64,000 nt of DNA from Amoebidium appalachense (GCA_963693365.1 CAVNZM010000003.1:10522488-10586487); one strand, 5' to 3'. Positions 1 to 13,764 are shown, numbered from the stretch's first letter. Made by a program: numbers and translations. Notes: generated from the sequence alone by a model not told the origin.

Positions 1-1007
1 GCCTCCCTCCTGGGCAGAAAGTTGTTTGGAGAGAATGGCTGCATGGCTCCATCCCCATGGAAAAGGCAACGTGAACAAAATTGCAGTTGCTCTCATGCTG
101 GTCTATGCTCGCACATCTCTGACAGGACAATTGTGTGTGCCTGTGCAGAAGGCACCACCCTCATCCATGCACTCACACTCTGTGGTTCCTAGTTGGTTTA
201 CTCAACTTACTTTACTTACTTTACTTACTTTGCTCACTTGTACGCCTACAGCCTGTACGGTTTGCTGCAGTCACCAGCAACCAATCCACATGCATGGGCT
301 ACGTCACTTTCAACCCCTTCCTGTCGGTGGACACACGGTCACTACACGTTCTGGCCCAAGGGAGAGGTATGTGGTTGTGGTGTGATAGATGTGTCTCTGT
401 TTGGCATGGCAGCTTCAACTTCAACTTTTGGGCCCATTTTGTTTCGAAGGCTCGAGCATACATCTCGGGGCTCCGCTGTATCGAGAAAAGGTGTCGAGGA
501 TGTACCGTTCTTTGTCTGCCCCGTCTCTCTTCGGAAGCCCGTTTACCTGCTGCTCCCCCCCCCCCCCTCCCCCCCCCCCCCCCCCCCCCCTCTGTCCACC
601 CTCTGTGACAGCCCTGTTTAAAGCGTTAATGGGGAACAGGATGGGGCAGGGCCCCAGGGGTTGCTTTTTTTTTTTTTTCTTTTCTTTTTTTTTTTTTTTG
701 GTGTGTGTGTGGGAGGGGAGGGGGGGGAGGGCTGGACGAAAGTTATATTAGATTCAAGGAGTTCGTGGGGCAAAGGGAATATATGTATGTGTACTACACG
801 AATACATACATGGTCGCCAGTGCACACGCGTTAGGGCTTGCTTTCTCTCCCTGCCCCTCCTCTCCTGCCTACACACACACACCCACACATACACAGACAC
901 ACACGCGCGTGCACACACGCACGCACGCACGCACACACATGCACGCACGCACACACACACTCACTCACACACACACACACACACAGAGGAGAGAGAGGCG
1001 GGGAGAG

Positions 1008-1132
<125 letters not shown>

Positions 1133-1801
1133 CACACACAGAGAAACGTACGCGCGCACACACGCACACAAACAAAATCACACATTTTGAAACACACACA
1201 TACACTAGAGCCAGTGTGCAAATACATAAGCACAAACACTGGCAAGAAAATCAATCAATATAAAAGGCGGGGGAAAGAAAGGGAAAAAGAGAAAGATATG
1301 CATGCCACCATCCAAACCCAGAACCAAAGAAGAAAAAATGAATGAATGAATGGTGGCACCAATAGCATTCAAACCCCAGCAACCACATAACACAGACTGA
1401 ATATTGACACGCCACACCAACACATTGTCAACCACCCAACGGTGGATGTTTGTTTGTTGGGGATTTTTATAGTTAAATGTGTCGGGGTTGGTATACAGCC
1501 TAAGGTGTGCCGTTTGTGCGAATGTGAAGTTTGTGGGAGGGCTACAAGGAGAGAGGGGCCCAGGGGAAAGGCGGGGGGGGGGGGGGGGGGGGGGGGAGGG
1601 GGTAGGCAATGATCATCGCAAAGCTCAGCTGCCGCAAGTGCACTTACGATGCCTTTTTAAAGTCTAAAATAAAGAGAATGAACATATGAAGATTTTCTCA
1701 TCTCTGATGTAAAACGCGATGCAGGGAAGGTCGCGGCCGGCAGACACTCATTGGGCCCGTTCGCCCATTTGCGACCTGAAATGTGAAAGACACAGGCCAA
1801 C

Positions 1802-2726
1802 TGTTGTAATACGTAGTATTTACATATGGTAAGATCTTCTCAGTTTGTGTTATGTTTCAGTTCATATGCTTAGTGTAAATGCCACACTCCTATTATGTAA
1901 AGTGTAGCATCGATCTCCGATATGCTTGTATACTTGTAATCGTGTTGTATCGGCTTTAATCGTGTATTGTAATATCGATTAGAATATTTATATGTGTGTA
2001 CACGGATCCACCCACTCAGGGAGAGACGTGTACATGTTCGTGTGTACATAAATATCTCTGGTTATAGTTATGCTATTACTATCTTGTTTGTTGATCTGTG
2101 CTCTCTTTTCCTTCCTCTTTCTCCTTCCTTATTTTCTTTTCTTTCTCTCCTTGTCTTCATGTGTATAATCGTATTTCTTTTCTACTAATATATGTTAGGT
2201 AGATTTGTGTTACTTAATACGTGTTCATTGGACGGTAACACACTTAGGCTACACTTAGAATAGCATGTGTGTTTAGACTTCATTAATTCACTTTAGTTTT
2301 CATGTGTTGCCGGGCTTTAACCAATCATCAAGGTTAAGTGTGATATGTCTGAGTCTTTGCAGTATGTCATAGGTTAGAACTTCCTTGATGATGACACGAG
2401 TTGATCTTAACTAGTGTCTGTGTCCTATCGTGTACGCCTCCGCGTACCGGATCTCTCTGAAAGCAATTGGTTCTTAGTGATTGGTTTCTATTAGAGATGG
2501 ATCTGATTTCCGACTGGTCGGAAATCATGTATGGATTGGACTTAGAGGAATTTCAGGTATTTATTCGAAGATCAGAATAAATTCAGTTCAGTCGTGTCTA
2601 AACATTGATGTCTGTTGTGTACACTGCTCCGATCGTTCCGTGTTTTGTTGTTGTGTGTGTCTGTGGTGTTTTCACACTGCACCACTGTGTCTCTGCTTAC
2701 ATCCCAAATACTTATAAAATTTAACA
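1802..2726 (+). repeat. 5' LTR of Copia family 1 (925 bp)
   Basis: Direct repeat of 7596-8526. By eye differs by about one substitution and a 6-bp indel. Confidence 0.97.
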
Positions 2727-2753
2727 GGTTATGCAGCCCTTTTGCACGCTCCC
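2727..2753 (+). promoter_or_regulatory. Primer-binding site, half-tRNA-iMet (hemivirus) type, imperfect
   Basis: GGTTATGCAGCCCTTTTGCACGCTCCC directly after the LTR. The sister element has the canonical GGTTATGGGCCCAG at 28538-28551, complementary to the tRNA-iMet anticodon arm as in Drosophila copia. Confidence 0.75.
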
Positions 2754-2788
2754 TACACACATCTAGAACTCGCGCTCGTTTTTCAATC

Positions 2789-5700
2789 ATGGATCCAAAC
2801 AAAACTGGCGTAAACAAAATCACCATGTGGAAAGGTGAAGGGAAGACTGGTCCCGATAGCAAAACTACCTATTTTCAATGGGAAATCATTTTTCTCGGCA
2901 TGATGACCGGCACTAAAGGTGTCCGACTCGTGGATGTTGTCCTTGCTGACAACTACGTCCCCCCTACCACCGTCGCGGTTGACGGTGAACCCCCCTTCTA
3001 TGGCTACGGCACTACCGCGGAACTCAAAGAGGCCCGCAATTGCCTCCTGCTCCATATGATACAGAACATCGACCCTTCCGTCCTCACCACCGTTGCCCAG
3101 TACCGTATTGGCATGGACCCTGAACGGGCCATGTGGAAATTCCGTCAACACTATCTCCAAGGCAAACCCGATCAGATCCGCATCCTTCACCGTCAGTGGG
3201 ATGCCTGTGCCCTTCAGCCCGGTGAATCATTCACCACCTACCTGAGCCGTCTGCAGACCATCGTGAACCAGCTCCAGTCTCTCCAAGATGAGTCCATTCA
3301 CTTCACTCGTCTAGCTGAGAAGTTCTTCAATGAACTCACCACCAGAGACGACCTCACCCCTGAGTTCAATCGTCTTATCGAAGACTATCACTTCGGTGAT
3401 AAGCTATTCCCCGACTTCGAGTCCCTCCATAACCACGTCAAGGGCATCGAGTTACGTCAAGACCTCAAGATGCAACTCCGGAACAACCGTGCCCACCGTG
3501 CCTCCAAGTCCAGCATGGCATTAAATGCCAGTGCTCCCCCCCGTGATCTTCCTCGCCGTGACTTACGCACCCGACTTGACCGTACCTCTGGCACGGACCT
3601 CCGAACTCGTCTCTCCCGTCAGCACACCCGATCCCGTTCCCCCCACCGGCCTGCCTTCCGGTCCACGTCTCGTTCCCCCAGTCGTTCCCGTTTCTCGGGT
3701 TCCCGTCGTTCTGATTCCCCGGCTCGTTCTAACACCCCGTCCGTGAAAGAATGCTCCTACTGCCACGAGCCTGATCACACGATCATCGATTGCCCTGAGC
3801 CGAAATGCCGTATGTCCAGACACAACCGTTCCCGTCAAGGCAGTGAGAAATCTGTCTCCTTTGCTTTCTCGGCATACAATGCTAGCTCCGTCCCCGTGTC
3901 CTCCGACCCTGCCTGGGATTCCGGGTGCAACATGACTGTTTGCCCCACCCGTGAGTTCTTCCATGACCTCACTCCCCTTCCGACACCGACTCCCGTTGCT
4001 GCCTTCAATGGCACCCCCGTCTTGGCCACTCACACCGGCCATATCGTCATCAACACCACCACCGACCATGGCACTACCACCCTAACCATTGAAGCCTACT
4101 ACACCCCGTCTGGCCAAGCCTTCCTCATTTCAACATCCCAAGCTGCTGCCGAATACATCAAGGGTGATTTGAACGATGCCTCCACTCCGTCATTCCTCTT
4201 CGACCGACTCACCGGCCGTCATCTCGTCAACCTCCGTCTACACAACGGTCTGTATTACTTCAAGGACTACACCATTCAACCACCCACTCGTCCTGTGGCT
4301 CTGGCTGCCACTACCAGTGTTAACCCATCCATCTGGCACCATCGTCTGGGGCACCGAGCTATGACCAGCATCAAGGACATGGTGAAACACGACCTTGTTA
4401 TTGGTCTCCCCTCCTCTGTCCTCGACTGTGATGTTCCTGATTGTCATGGCTGCATTATGGGTAAGACCACCAAGGCTCCGTTCAGGGGTGACCGTCCTCA
4501 CTCCAACATCCCCGGTCATGAATGGCATTGGGATTTTTTTGAGCCTACCACAACATCGTACGGAGGTTCCAAGGTTGCTCTCGTCACTGTCTGCCGTGCC
4601 TCTGGCCTCGTCAAGATCTACCCGATGGCCGACCGTACCACCACCCTGGATATTCTCACAGCTCACACCAACCTCGTTGCCACCCATGCCCCCTCCAAAG
4701 TTGGTGTTTACCACTTCGACTCCGGCTCTGAGTTCACCTCCAAGGATACCCGTGCTTTTTGCCTCTCCCAGGGCATCAAGGCCAGCTATGCTCCGGTGGA
4801 CTGCCCTCAACTGAACGGCTATGTTGAACGACGTATGCGGTTCCTCCAAGAGATTGTCCGTTGCCTCCTCCATCAAGTCCAAGATCAGTCTCTGTCTCCC
4901 AAACTGTGGGCTGAGGCCCTCCAACATGCCGCCTACATCATCAACGTCACCCCGTCCACGACTGCCAATGGTCGTACACCATTCGAGGTTTTCTACGGTG
5001 TCAAGCCCGACATCTCCGAGCTCAAAGTGTTCGGTTGCCCTGCCTACACTCACGTGCCAGCCTCTAAACGGAACAAGCTGGCCCCCACCGTCACACTCGG
5101 CATGTATATCGGCTATGATCTTCAATCACACTGCCACCGGATCTTCAATGCCACCACCCATCGTGTCGGCCTCTTCCGTGATGTGATTTTCGACGAATCA
5201 GCTTATCTCCCGTCCGACATTCCATCAACCCTTCCGACCCCCGACACCACTGCTACCTCGACCACCCCACCCCCCACAGGTGACACTGAAGATGATGTTT
5301 GTCTGGTGTACTCTGGCCCCCCTCCTGCCATCGTCGTTCCCCCGACACCCCCCCCCCCACCGGCCCCCCTGCCCCCGTGCCCGTCCAGCCTGCCGACCCT
5401 CATCCTGCCCCTGGCAACGTCACACCCATCCGACCCGGCTCCCCCGACAACTTCCACTCGGCCCCATCCAGCCCGGAGGTTGCCCCCCCTGCACTTCCGA
5501 ACTTCCAAGTTCCCCCCCCACCGTCTCCACCTACCCCGGTTCCTGCACCCCGTCGTTCTGCCCGTCTCCAGGGCAAGGTTGGACTTCAAGCCACCACCAC
5601 CCTGCCAGTCCCCCCCGGTCCCCCCATCAACATCGACCAACTACCCAAACTTGTCCGTCAACTCTGTTCCGGACCCAATGGTGATCAGGTCAAGTCAGCC

Positions 5701-7197
5701 CTGACTGCTGAGTATCAAGCCTTCGTCGACAAAGACATCTTTGAACTTGTTGACCCTCCCCCTGGTGCTAACATCGTCGGCTTCAAGTGGATTGTCTCCG
5801 AGAAAACTCTCAACTCGGCTGGTGACACCAAGATCAAGGCACGTGGTGTTGCTCAAGGCTTCAGTCAGCAATACGGTGTTGACTATGAGTTGATTGAGAG
5901 CCCTGTCATCCGTCCGGCTGCTCTCCGTGCCATCCTAGCTCTGGCCGTTGTTGAAGGTCATGACATACATCAACTCGACGTGTCTACGGCCTTTCTCAAC
6001 AGCCCACTCACCGAGACCATCTACATGAAACAACCCCCGGGATTCATCACCATGGCCACACTTGGCAAGGTCTGGAGACTCAAGAAAGCCCTGTACGGCC
6101 TCAAGCAAGCCTCCAAGGCTTGGTACGACTTCCTCGACGGCATTCTTCTTGCCCATGGCCTGACCCGTACTAAGACCGACCCGTGCATCTACCTCCGGTT
6201 CTTCCCCAACAACGATGTGGTACGGGCTGGTAACTACGTCGATGACTCCACCATCACCAACACCCGGGGTTCTACTGCTGCCAGTGACCTGGCTGCCCAC
6301 ATCAGCAAGATGGCCAGCTGTCGTATGAGTCCATTTGACCGTATGCTCGGTGTTGATTTTAATCACTCTGATCCCCATCACCTCCACATGCACCAGAGGT
6401 CTTACATCATGGATATCATCCACGACTTCAACCTCACCGATGCCAAGTCAAAGTCTACCCCCATCCCTGCAGGCACCACCGTCTCCCTGGCTGATTGCCC
6501 CCCCCAACCGTTCACCGTGCCCTACCGTGAGTTACTCGGCCGTCTCCTCTGGGTGGCACGGTGCACACGTCCCGACATTGCCTATGCCATCGGCTTCCTT
6601 GGTCGGTTCAGCACCAACCCCGGCAAGACTCACTGGGACCTTCTCCGTCGTGTGGCCCGGTACCTGCTCGGCACCATTGACCTTGGCATTGACTACAAGT
6701 ACTCGGCCACCCAGTCCCCCATACTCGAATGCTACACGGATGCTGACTTTGCTGGTTGTGCCGACAGCAAGAAGTCTACCACCGGCTACATTATCGTGTT
6801 TGCTGGTATGCCCGTCATCTGGTACTCCAAGCTCCAGCCCATCACGGCCACCAGCACCACTGAAGCTGAGCTGATTGCTCTCAATGCTGGCACCCAAGAA
6901 GTTGCTTGGGTCCGTGACCTCTTCAAGGAACTCGGCTGTCCCATGCTTGCTCCGACTCCGGTGTACTGTGACAACCAGTCGACCATTGCCATCGTCAACT
7001 CCACCGGCATCAAGCACCGTACCAAACACATTGCCGTCCGGTATCACAACACCAAGGACTACATTGCCAGTGGGGACGTGGTTGTCCACTACGTTGAGTC
7101 AGCCCACAACTTAGCTGACATACTCACCAAACCCCTCCCCGGCCCGAGTCATGTCCACCATCGTGCTCGACTTTGTTTACCGGATATTGTGGATTGA
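2789..7197 (+). CDS. Copia gag-pol polyprotein with one frameshift in the C-rich IN-RT linker (about 5340-5700)
   Basis: Zinc knuckle CSYCHEPDHTIIDC; protease WDSGC; WHHRLGH...CHGC; integrase D..DSGSEF..NGYVER; LKVFGC; RT DVSTAFL, KALYGLKQA, YVDD; RNase H DADFAG, TEAE, DNQS, KHI, ADILTK. Split between ORFs 2615..5704 and 5299..7197. Confidence 0.95.
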
Positions 7198-7595
7198 CCC
7201 GACCTACTTCAAGAGTGATTTTCTCATGTGTACTACTTACTTTATCAACATCATTATATCATATGTATTGCCTTTGTGGGTATGCCCACTTAGGGTTTAT
7301 ATATAAGGTTTGACCCGTACCATCACTCTACTCTATCTTTCACTGGTTTAAAACCCAGTTAATCAAACACCGCCTATACACGTTATATATATTCGTTGTT
7401 TTTGCCCCGGTTCCCTCCCCCCTTCCCCCCCTTCTCCCCCCCCCCCTTTCCCCCCCCCCCCCCTCCCCCCCCCCCCCCCCCCCCCCGGAAAAGTACACAC
7501 TTTAATTTTTTTTTTTCGTTTCTGTTCTCAAGTGGGGAGATTTCACTAGTTCAGTGGGGATATGATAACACAAACTTCAAAGTCTTAAGTGGGGA

Positions 7596-8526
7596 TGTTG
7601 TAATACGTAGTATTTACATATGGTAAGATCTTCTCAGTTTGTGTTATGTTTCAGTTCATATGCTTAGTGTAAATGCCACACTCCTATTATGTAAAGTGTA
7701 GCATCGATCTCCGATATGCTTGTATACTTGTAATCGTGTTGTATCGGCTTTAATCGTGTATTGTAATATCGATTAGAATATTTATATGTGTGTACACGGA
7801 TCCACCCACTCAGGGAGAGACGTGTACATGTTCGTGTGTACATAAATATCTCTGGTTATAGTTATGCTATTACTATCTTGTTTGTTGATCTGTGCTCTCT
7901 TTTCCTTCCTCTTTCTCCTTCCTTATTTTCTTTTCTTTCTCTCCTTGTCTTCATGTGTATAATCGTATTTCTTTTCTACTAATATATGTTAGGTAGATTT
8001 GTGTTACTTAATACGTGTTCATTGGACGGTAACACACTTAGGCTACACTTAGAATAGCATGTGTTTTTAGACTTCATTAATTCACTTTAGTTTTCATGTG
8101 TTGCCGGGCTTTAACCAATCATCAAGGTTAAGTGTGATATGTCTGAGTCTTTGCAGTATGTCATACTAGTAGGTTAGAACTTCCTTGATGATGACACGAG
8201 TTGATCTTAACTAGTGTCTGTGTCCTATCGTGTACGCCTCCGCGTACCGGATCTCTCTGAAAGCAATTGGTTCTTAGTGATTGGTTTCTATTAGAGATGG
8301 ATCTGATTTCCGACTGGTCGGAAATCATGTATGGATTGGACTTAGAGGAATTTCAGGTATTTATTCGAAGATCAGAATAAATTCAGTTCAGTCGTGTCTA
8401 AACATTGATGTCTGTTGTGTACACTGCTCCGATCGTTCCGTGTTTTGTTGTTGTGTGTGTCTGTGGTGTTTTCACACTGCACCACTGTGTCTCTGCTTAC
8501 ATCCCAAATACTTATAAAATTTAACA
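7596..8526 (+). repeat. 3' LTR of Copia family 1 (931 bp)
   Basis: Direct repeat of 1802-2726, preceded by AGTGGGGA purine tract and followed by TSD CCAAC. Confidence 0.97.
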
Positions 8527-9915
8527 CCAACACTACCGGGGAGTATATTGGAGTGGTAAAGTGGGCAAATGGGGTGCAAAGATAGGATCCAGCATGCATG
8601 TCGGTTTCTACGAAAACAGTTGCACGGCTGCACGGCTGCGGGATTTGGCCATTGATTGGTTGGTGTAGAAGGGGGTGTTGGCTCGTCGATGCCTACGTTC
8701 CAAAAATGTCAGCCTCGGTAATTTGCGCAAATTCAAACCGACAGCTGACGATTTGACTTGTGTGGAGGAGTGGTCACGGCCAAGAAAACAACAAAGAAAA
8801 AATCGTCTGTTCACAAAGGGGTATCCCGCGATGTTAGACGCATCCATAAACCGTGGCAAGTGTCGTATCCGAAGGCTGGTGTTTCTCATTACGGCGGGAT
8901 CTACGCGACAGAAGTGGAAGCGGCACTTGCAAGGGACAAGGTGATACGTACTCTGGAGATTTCAAAGCGAGAGAAACTAAGGCGCCTAAACTTCTATCTC
9001 CCTGGCGATTATTTGAGTGTCGAGGAAGCAGAGCAGGCGGGGTGCATAGGGGTGTTCTTCCAAACAGCCAGATCCCATTCACCCAACCCTTACCTAGTGT
9101 GCCGAGTGGATAGAACTGTTTCGGGTACCCAACAGAAATACCTCGGCTACTTTGCCTCGGTCACCGAAGGAAGCCGGGCATACGATCGAGACGCACTGGC
9201 TGCATGGGCGAAGCAAAACGAACCACGCGCCCCCCTGCCCCCAACCAACTTCTGTCCGACCGAATACGGACACAAACTCCCTCAGCTGCCGCCACCAATC
9301 CACAACCCCACGATAGCAACCACAGACGAAGGCCCCGGTGGTGTTACGCATACCGCTGCCGACGAACATTCCCAACCACATCATCCCCTATGCGACCCAA
9401 GAGGCGGTGATGCCAACAATTCACCTCAAAGCAACAGGCAGGCTAAATCGACTCCACAGAGCAACAGCAACGACGGCCCGTTGGCTGTTGGTGACGTCAC
9501 TGACCGGAATGATGACGACGTGGCGGGACAACACAACTCCCACTCGGATGCAAACGTTCACTTTCAGGCAGGGGTGGGGCAGAAAAGAATGGTTTAAGTG
9601 TGGTAGGTGGTCAGATACGTATACAGAGGTGGGCCCCGGGGACACATAAGGTACTCTTATAGAAGGTCCTAATTGTATAGACCGGAGAGAAAAGAAGGTG
9701 GTTTGTTGACATTGATCATTTCACCGGGGTGGCGGTTACTAGCAGTATGTACATGTGTATATGTGCAATGTGTCATTGATTAGGGGTACATATTGCATTA
9801 TGCCTATGGCATGCACACCTGTATGTGTGTCGAGGAGACTCTCGGAGCCATTGTGTTTTTCCTTCTTCCTTTCTTTCTGCCCGGTTTTTTTTTTTGTTCT
9901 TTTCTTTTTTTCTCT

Positions 9916-9950
<35 letters not shown>

Positions 9951-9972
9951 GCTTTCTGGTGTGTGTGGGGAA

Positions 9973-10009
<37 letters not shown>

Positions 10010-10563
10010 CTGTCTGAGTTACTGCGCAAATGCAAATGAATACAACCTGCAGGAGAGTAAGATTTGCGCAAACATGACTACTACCAGTGTGGACAAAGTT
10101 TAAGATATATTATAGATAGATAGTTTTAGATTACATAAACAATGTTTTCACAATTTCCCATAGAAAACCATAACTTAGTAAATTCTACTGCCAATAATAT
10201 TCTGGTCACAGAGACATTTAGTCCATAGCCTTCCCCAGAACGCTAGCACGTGTACATGTGTATACATGCACAAGTTACATGGCAGGGCTTCTGCTATAAC
10301 TATACAAAAAGGTATATATCATTTCAAGTTGATAAAATGAAGCCGTTCGCGGCACCTACCAATTAATAATAACATTATCATTCTTAGATCTGCAGCAGCC
10401 TTTTTTTGGTGTCCCGATCATAACATTGGCCCCGCTTATGCAGCTAGTATCGATAGTGATCGATAATCGATTTCGTTGCCTCCCCCCCCCCCCCCCCCCC
10501 CCCCTCCCCCCACCCCCCCCCCCCCCCCCCCGCCCCCCCCCTTCTCCTCCGGATCCTCCTCCT

Positions 10564-10727
10564 CCTCCTCATTCCCAGGGAACCGGACCACCTATGTAGT
10601 TTTTGAAATCTTACAAAGTATTATGTATGTGTACAGTACGTGCGTGTGTGTGCATTCGAGTGTTTGTGTATATGTGCATGTGTTTGTACACGCCGACAGA
10701 TATGGTAATCCTCGAGTACTAGGCATG

Positions 10728-10776
<49 letters not shown>

Positions 10777-11101
10777 CCCCCCCCCTCTCTCTCTTCCCCT
10801 TTCTCCCTCCCTCCGGGTCCCTGTCTCTCTATCCCCCCCTCCCCCTCCCGGGTTTCTCTCTCTCCCCCACTCCCCCCCCCCCCCCCCCCCTCCTCCCCCG
10901 CCCCCCCTTGTCCTGCTGATCCTCCTCCTCGAGCTCCTCCTCATTCCCAGGGAACCGGACCACCTATGTAGTTTTTGAAATCTTTCAAAGTTATTATGTA
11001 TGTGTACAGTACGTGCGTGTGTGTGCACTCGAGTGTTTGTGTGTATGTGCAAGTGAGTGTACACGCCGACAGATATGGTAACCCTCGAGTACTAGGCATG
11101 C
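10564..11101 (+). repeat. Local tandem duplication, about 165-bp unique core with about 370-bp period
   Basis: CTCATTCCCAGGGAACCGGACCACC...GTACTAGGCATGC at about 10564-10727 and 10934-11101. Confidence 0.85.
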
Positions 11102-11660
11102 TCTCTCTCTCTCTCTCTCTCTCTCTCCCCCCCCCCCCCCCTCTCTTCCCCTTTCTCCCTCCCTCTCTCTCTCTCTCTCTCTCTCCCCCCCCCCCCCCCC
11201 CCCCCCCCCACCTCTGCCTGCCTCTACCTTTCTTTCTCTTCGAATTCTGTGTATCACATAATATTTGTGTATGCATCATTCTCGTTGCCTACTTGCTGAA
11301 ACCCGTGTTTTTCTACAGGTGGCCTTTAAACTGAAACTATCATATGCAAGCCAAACAAACCGATCACGCGTTTGGAATATGCTCCTATGTTTCTGTTCTG
11401 TACTGTACCCGGACGGCGCAAAGCAAACGGGTCTGTCTGCAGTCGATCGAACCAGCCCTTTCGAAGTTCGCCGCCGCCGTGCACACATGAGGAGGGCTCA
11501 CGAGTCACATTTTTCTTTCTACCAATAGGAATGACGCTAGATAAGCCATCACTACCGAACCCCAAACATTGCCAAGGCAGTCCTATTTGTGGTGAGCTAG
11601 CAGAGTACTGTACAAGTGACCACATGTGTGAGCTTCGACATACTGAACCGTAAAGGCCTG

Positions 11661-11696
<36 letters not shown>

Positions 11697-12668
11697 CCCC
11701 TCCCCCTTCCCCCCCCCCTTGCACACCCTCTGTCCTCTCTCTCCCCTACCCCTCCGCTCCTTTCTCCAACTCCCGCTTTTTCCCGCTCCTTCCACCCACA
11801 AACACAATACACGCATGATTTCTTTGCTTCTGCCATCATATTGCCCGCATAACTCTTTGTTCCAATTCCATTCTCACCGAAAAGCTAGAATCATCCAGTT
11901 CTATTTTACTTAGCCCTGGGAACTTGTTGTTCGTGAGTTGCATCTTGTCCGAACACGCTATTTTGCTTTTTGCTGGTGGAGGCAGAACCAAGCCCGTTGA
12001 TGGCAGTCGCGGGTAGATTTGGTAGGCAGGGACTGGGGGAGGGGGGGGGAGGGGAGGAGGAGGGGGTGGGTGGGTGGGTGGGGGGGGGGGGGGGGGGGGT
12101 TGCATGATGTTGAAGAGCCTTGTAGGTACCTAGTGTTGTGCTGGTAGGGAAAGAGTCGGGATCGAGAGGGAAGGGAGGGGTGGGGAGGGGGGGAGGGAGG
12201 GGGGGGGGGGAGGGGAGGGGGGAAGGGGCTTCCCAGACGAAATAAGTATCACCCTGAGGAGAAGGTTACGAGGAATAATATGCAACACCGTGGAAATTAT
12301 TTCAACATGCAGCACATCTGGCTTGGTGTCTCACTTGCTTTCAGACATAAAAGACAAACTTTTGGCGGGCCCTTGGTCTGTGACTAATATGTTGTTCTTT
12401 TTTGCAGATACTCTTTGGTTGCTTGTTTGTCTGTCGTCTGGGAGGATGTTGACCAGGAGGTTGGTTCGAGTGGCTGTCTCGGGAACTAAACCAGCAACCT
12501 CGGTGGGAGAGGTATCCATCCCCCCCCCCCCCCCCTCCCCCCTCCCCCCCCCCCCCCCCCCACCGGTCCCACCTCCCCCCCCCCCCCCCAAAAAAAAAAA
12601 AAAGGAGAAGAAGAAGAAGAATAAGAAGATAGAGAGAGAGAGCAATAGAGAGAGAGATAGAGATAGAC

Positions 12669-12722
<54 letters not shown>

Positions 12723-12962
12723 AGGGAGAGAGAAAGAGAGAGCCTTCCCCCTCTCCCCCCCCCCACCACACACCCCCTTAAAAAAAGAAAGGGAGGGGGG
12801 GAGGGGGGGGGGGGGAACACAGAGAGAGAGAGAGGTAGAGCCTCCCTCCCTCCCCCTTTTCCGCCTCCCCCCACACCCCACACCCCTAAAAAAGGAAGTG
12901 GGAGTGAGGGAAGAGAGAGAGAGAGGGGGGGGGGGGGGGGGGGAGGGAGAGAGGGTGTGTGT

Positions 12963-12993
<31 letters not shown>

Positions 12994-13163
12994 GGGGGGG
13001 AAAGAGAGAGGGAGAGGGGAGGGAGAGAGAGAGAGAGAGAGAGAGAGGGCGAAAGAGAGAGGGAGAGGGGGGGGGGAGGGAGAGAGAGAGAGAGACCCAG
13101 ACACACACACACCTTACGTTTCCGCCCGCACCCCGCTTCTTCCACTTCATTACTCATATCCAG

Positions 13164-13352
13164 CCTCCCTCCTGGGCAGAAATGAATAACCACTTGTTTG
13201 GAGAGAATGGCTGCATGGCTCCATCCCCATGTGAACAAAATTGCAGTTGCTCTCATGCTGGTCTATGCTCGCACTTCTCTGACAGGACAATCGTGTGTGC
13301 CTGTGCAGAAGGCACCACCCTCATCCATGCACTCACACTCTGTGGTTCCTAG
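13164..13352 (+). pseudogene. Putative exon encoding an EGF-like domain, part of a degenerate multi-exon host gene
   Basis: After an ATATCCAG acceptor the frame reads PCEQNCSCSHAGLCSHFSDRTIVCACAEGTTLIHALTLC (C-x5-C-x5-C-x9-C-x-C-x12-C). Further AG...GTATGT-bounded blocks at about 13430-13544 and 14634-14756. A paralogous copy with small indels lies at 1-190. Confidence 0.4.
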
Positions 13353-13764
13353 TTGGTTTACTCAACTTACTTTACTTACTTTACTTACTTGACTTACTTT
13401 ACTTACTTTGCTCACTTGTACACCTACAGCCTGTGCGGTTTGCTGCAGTCACCAGCAACCAATCCACATGCATGGGCTACGTCACTTTCAACCCCGTCCT
13501 GTCGGTGGGCACACGGTCACTACATGCTCTGGCCCAATGGAGAGGTATGTGGTTGTGGTGTGATAGATGTGTCTCTGTTTGGCATGGCAGCTTCAACTTC
13601 AACTTTTGGGCCCATTTTGTTCTCGAAGGCTCGAGTATACACCTCGGGGCTCCGCTGTATCGAGAAAAGGTGCCGAGGATGTATCGTTCTTTGTCTGCCC
13701 CGTCTCTCTTCGGAAGCCCGTATACCTGCTGCTCCCCTCTTCCCCCCTTCCCCCCCCCCCCCCT

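Larger units (their letters stand above)
1802..8526 (+). mobile_element. Full-length Ty1/Copia LTR retrotransposon (family 1), recent insertion
   Basis: TGTT...AACA LTRs at 1802-2726 and 7596-8526. 5-bp TSD CCAAC (1797-1801, 8527-8531). Empty site GACACAGGCCAACACTACCG visible in the paralogous gene at about 15461-15480. PBS after the 5' LTR, purine tract before the 3' LTR, gag-PR-IN-RT-RH order. Confidence 0.97.
1719..9597 (+). pseudogene. Triple-AP2-domain gene copy 1, disrupted by the Copia insertion plus a stop and frameshifts
   Basis: 1719-1801 plus 8532-9597 align to 15389-16535. The 3' part (8758..9597 ORF) retains YATEVEAALARDK and KYLGYFASVTEGSRAYD motifs. Confidence 0.85.

Noticed and set aside
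5299-5704. Programmed ribosomal frameshift in the Copia polyprotein
   Set aside because: The shift lies between integrase and RT in long C-runs. Copia pol is normally one frame, so homopolymer slippage or sequencing error is more likely.
4238-7089. Antisense ORFs within Copia pol, and overlapping shadow ORFs in the viral block
   Set aside because: They are by-products of biased codon usage on the coding strand and have no recognisable motifs.
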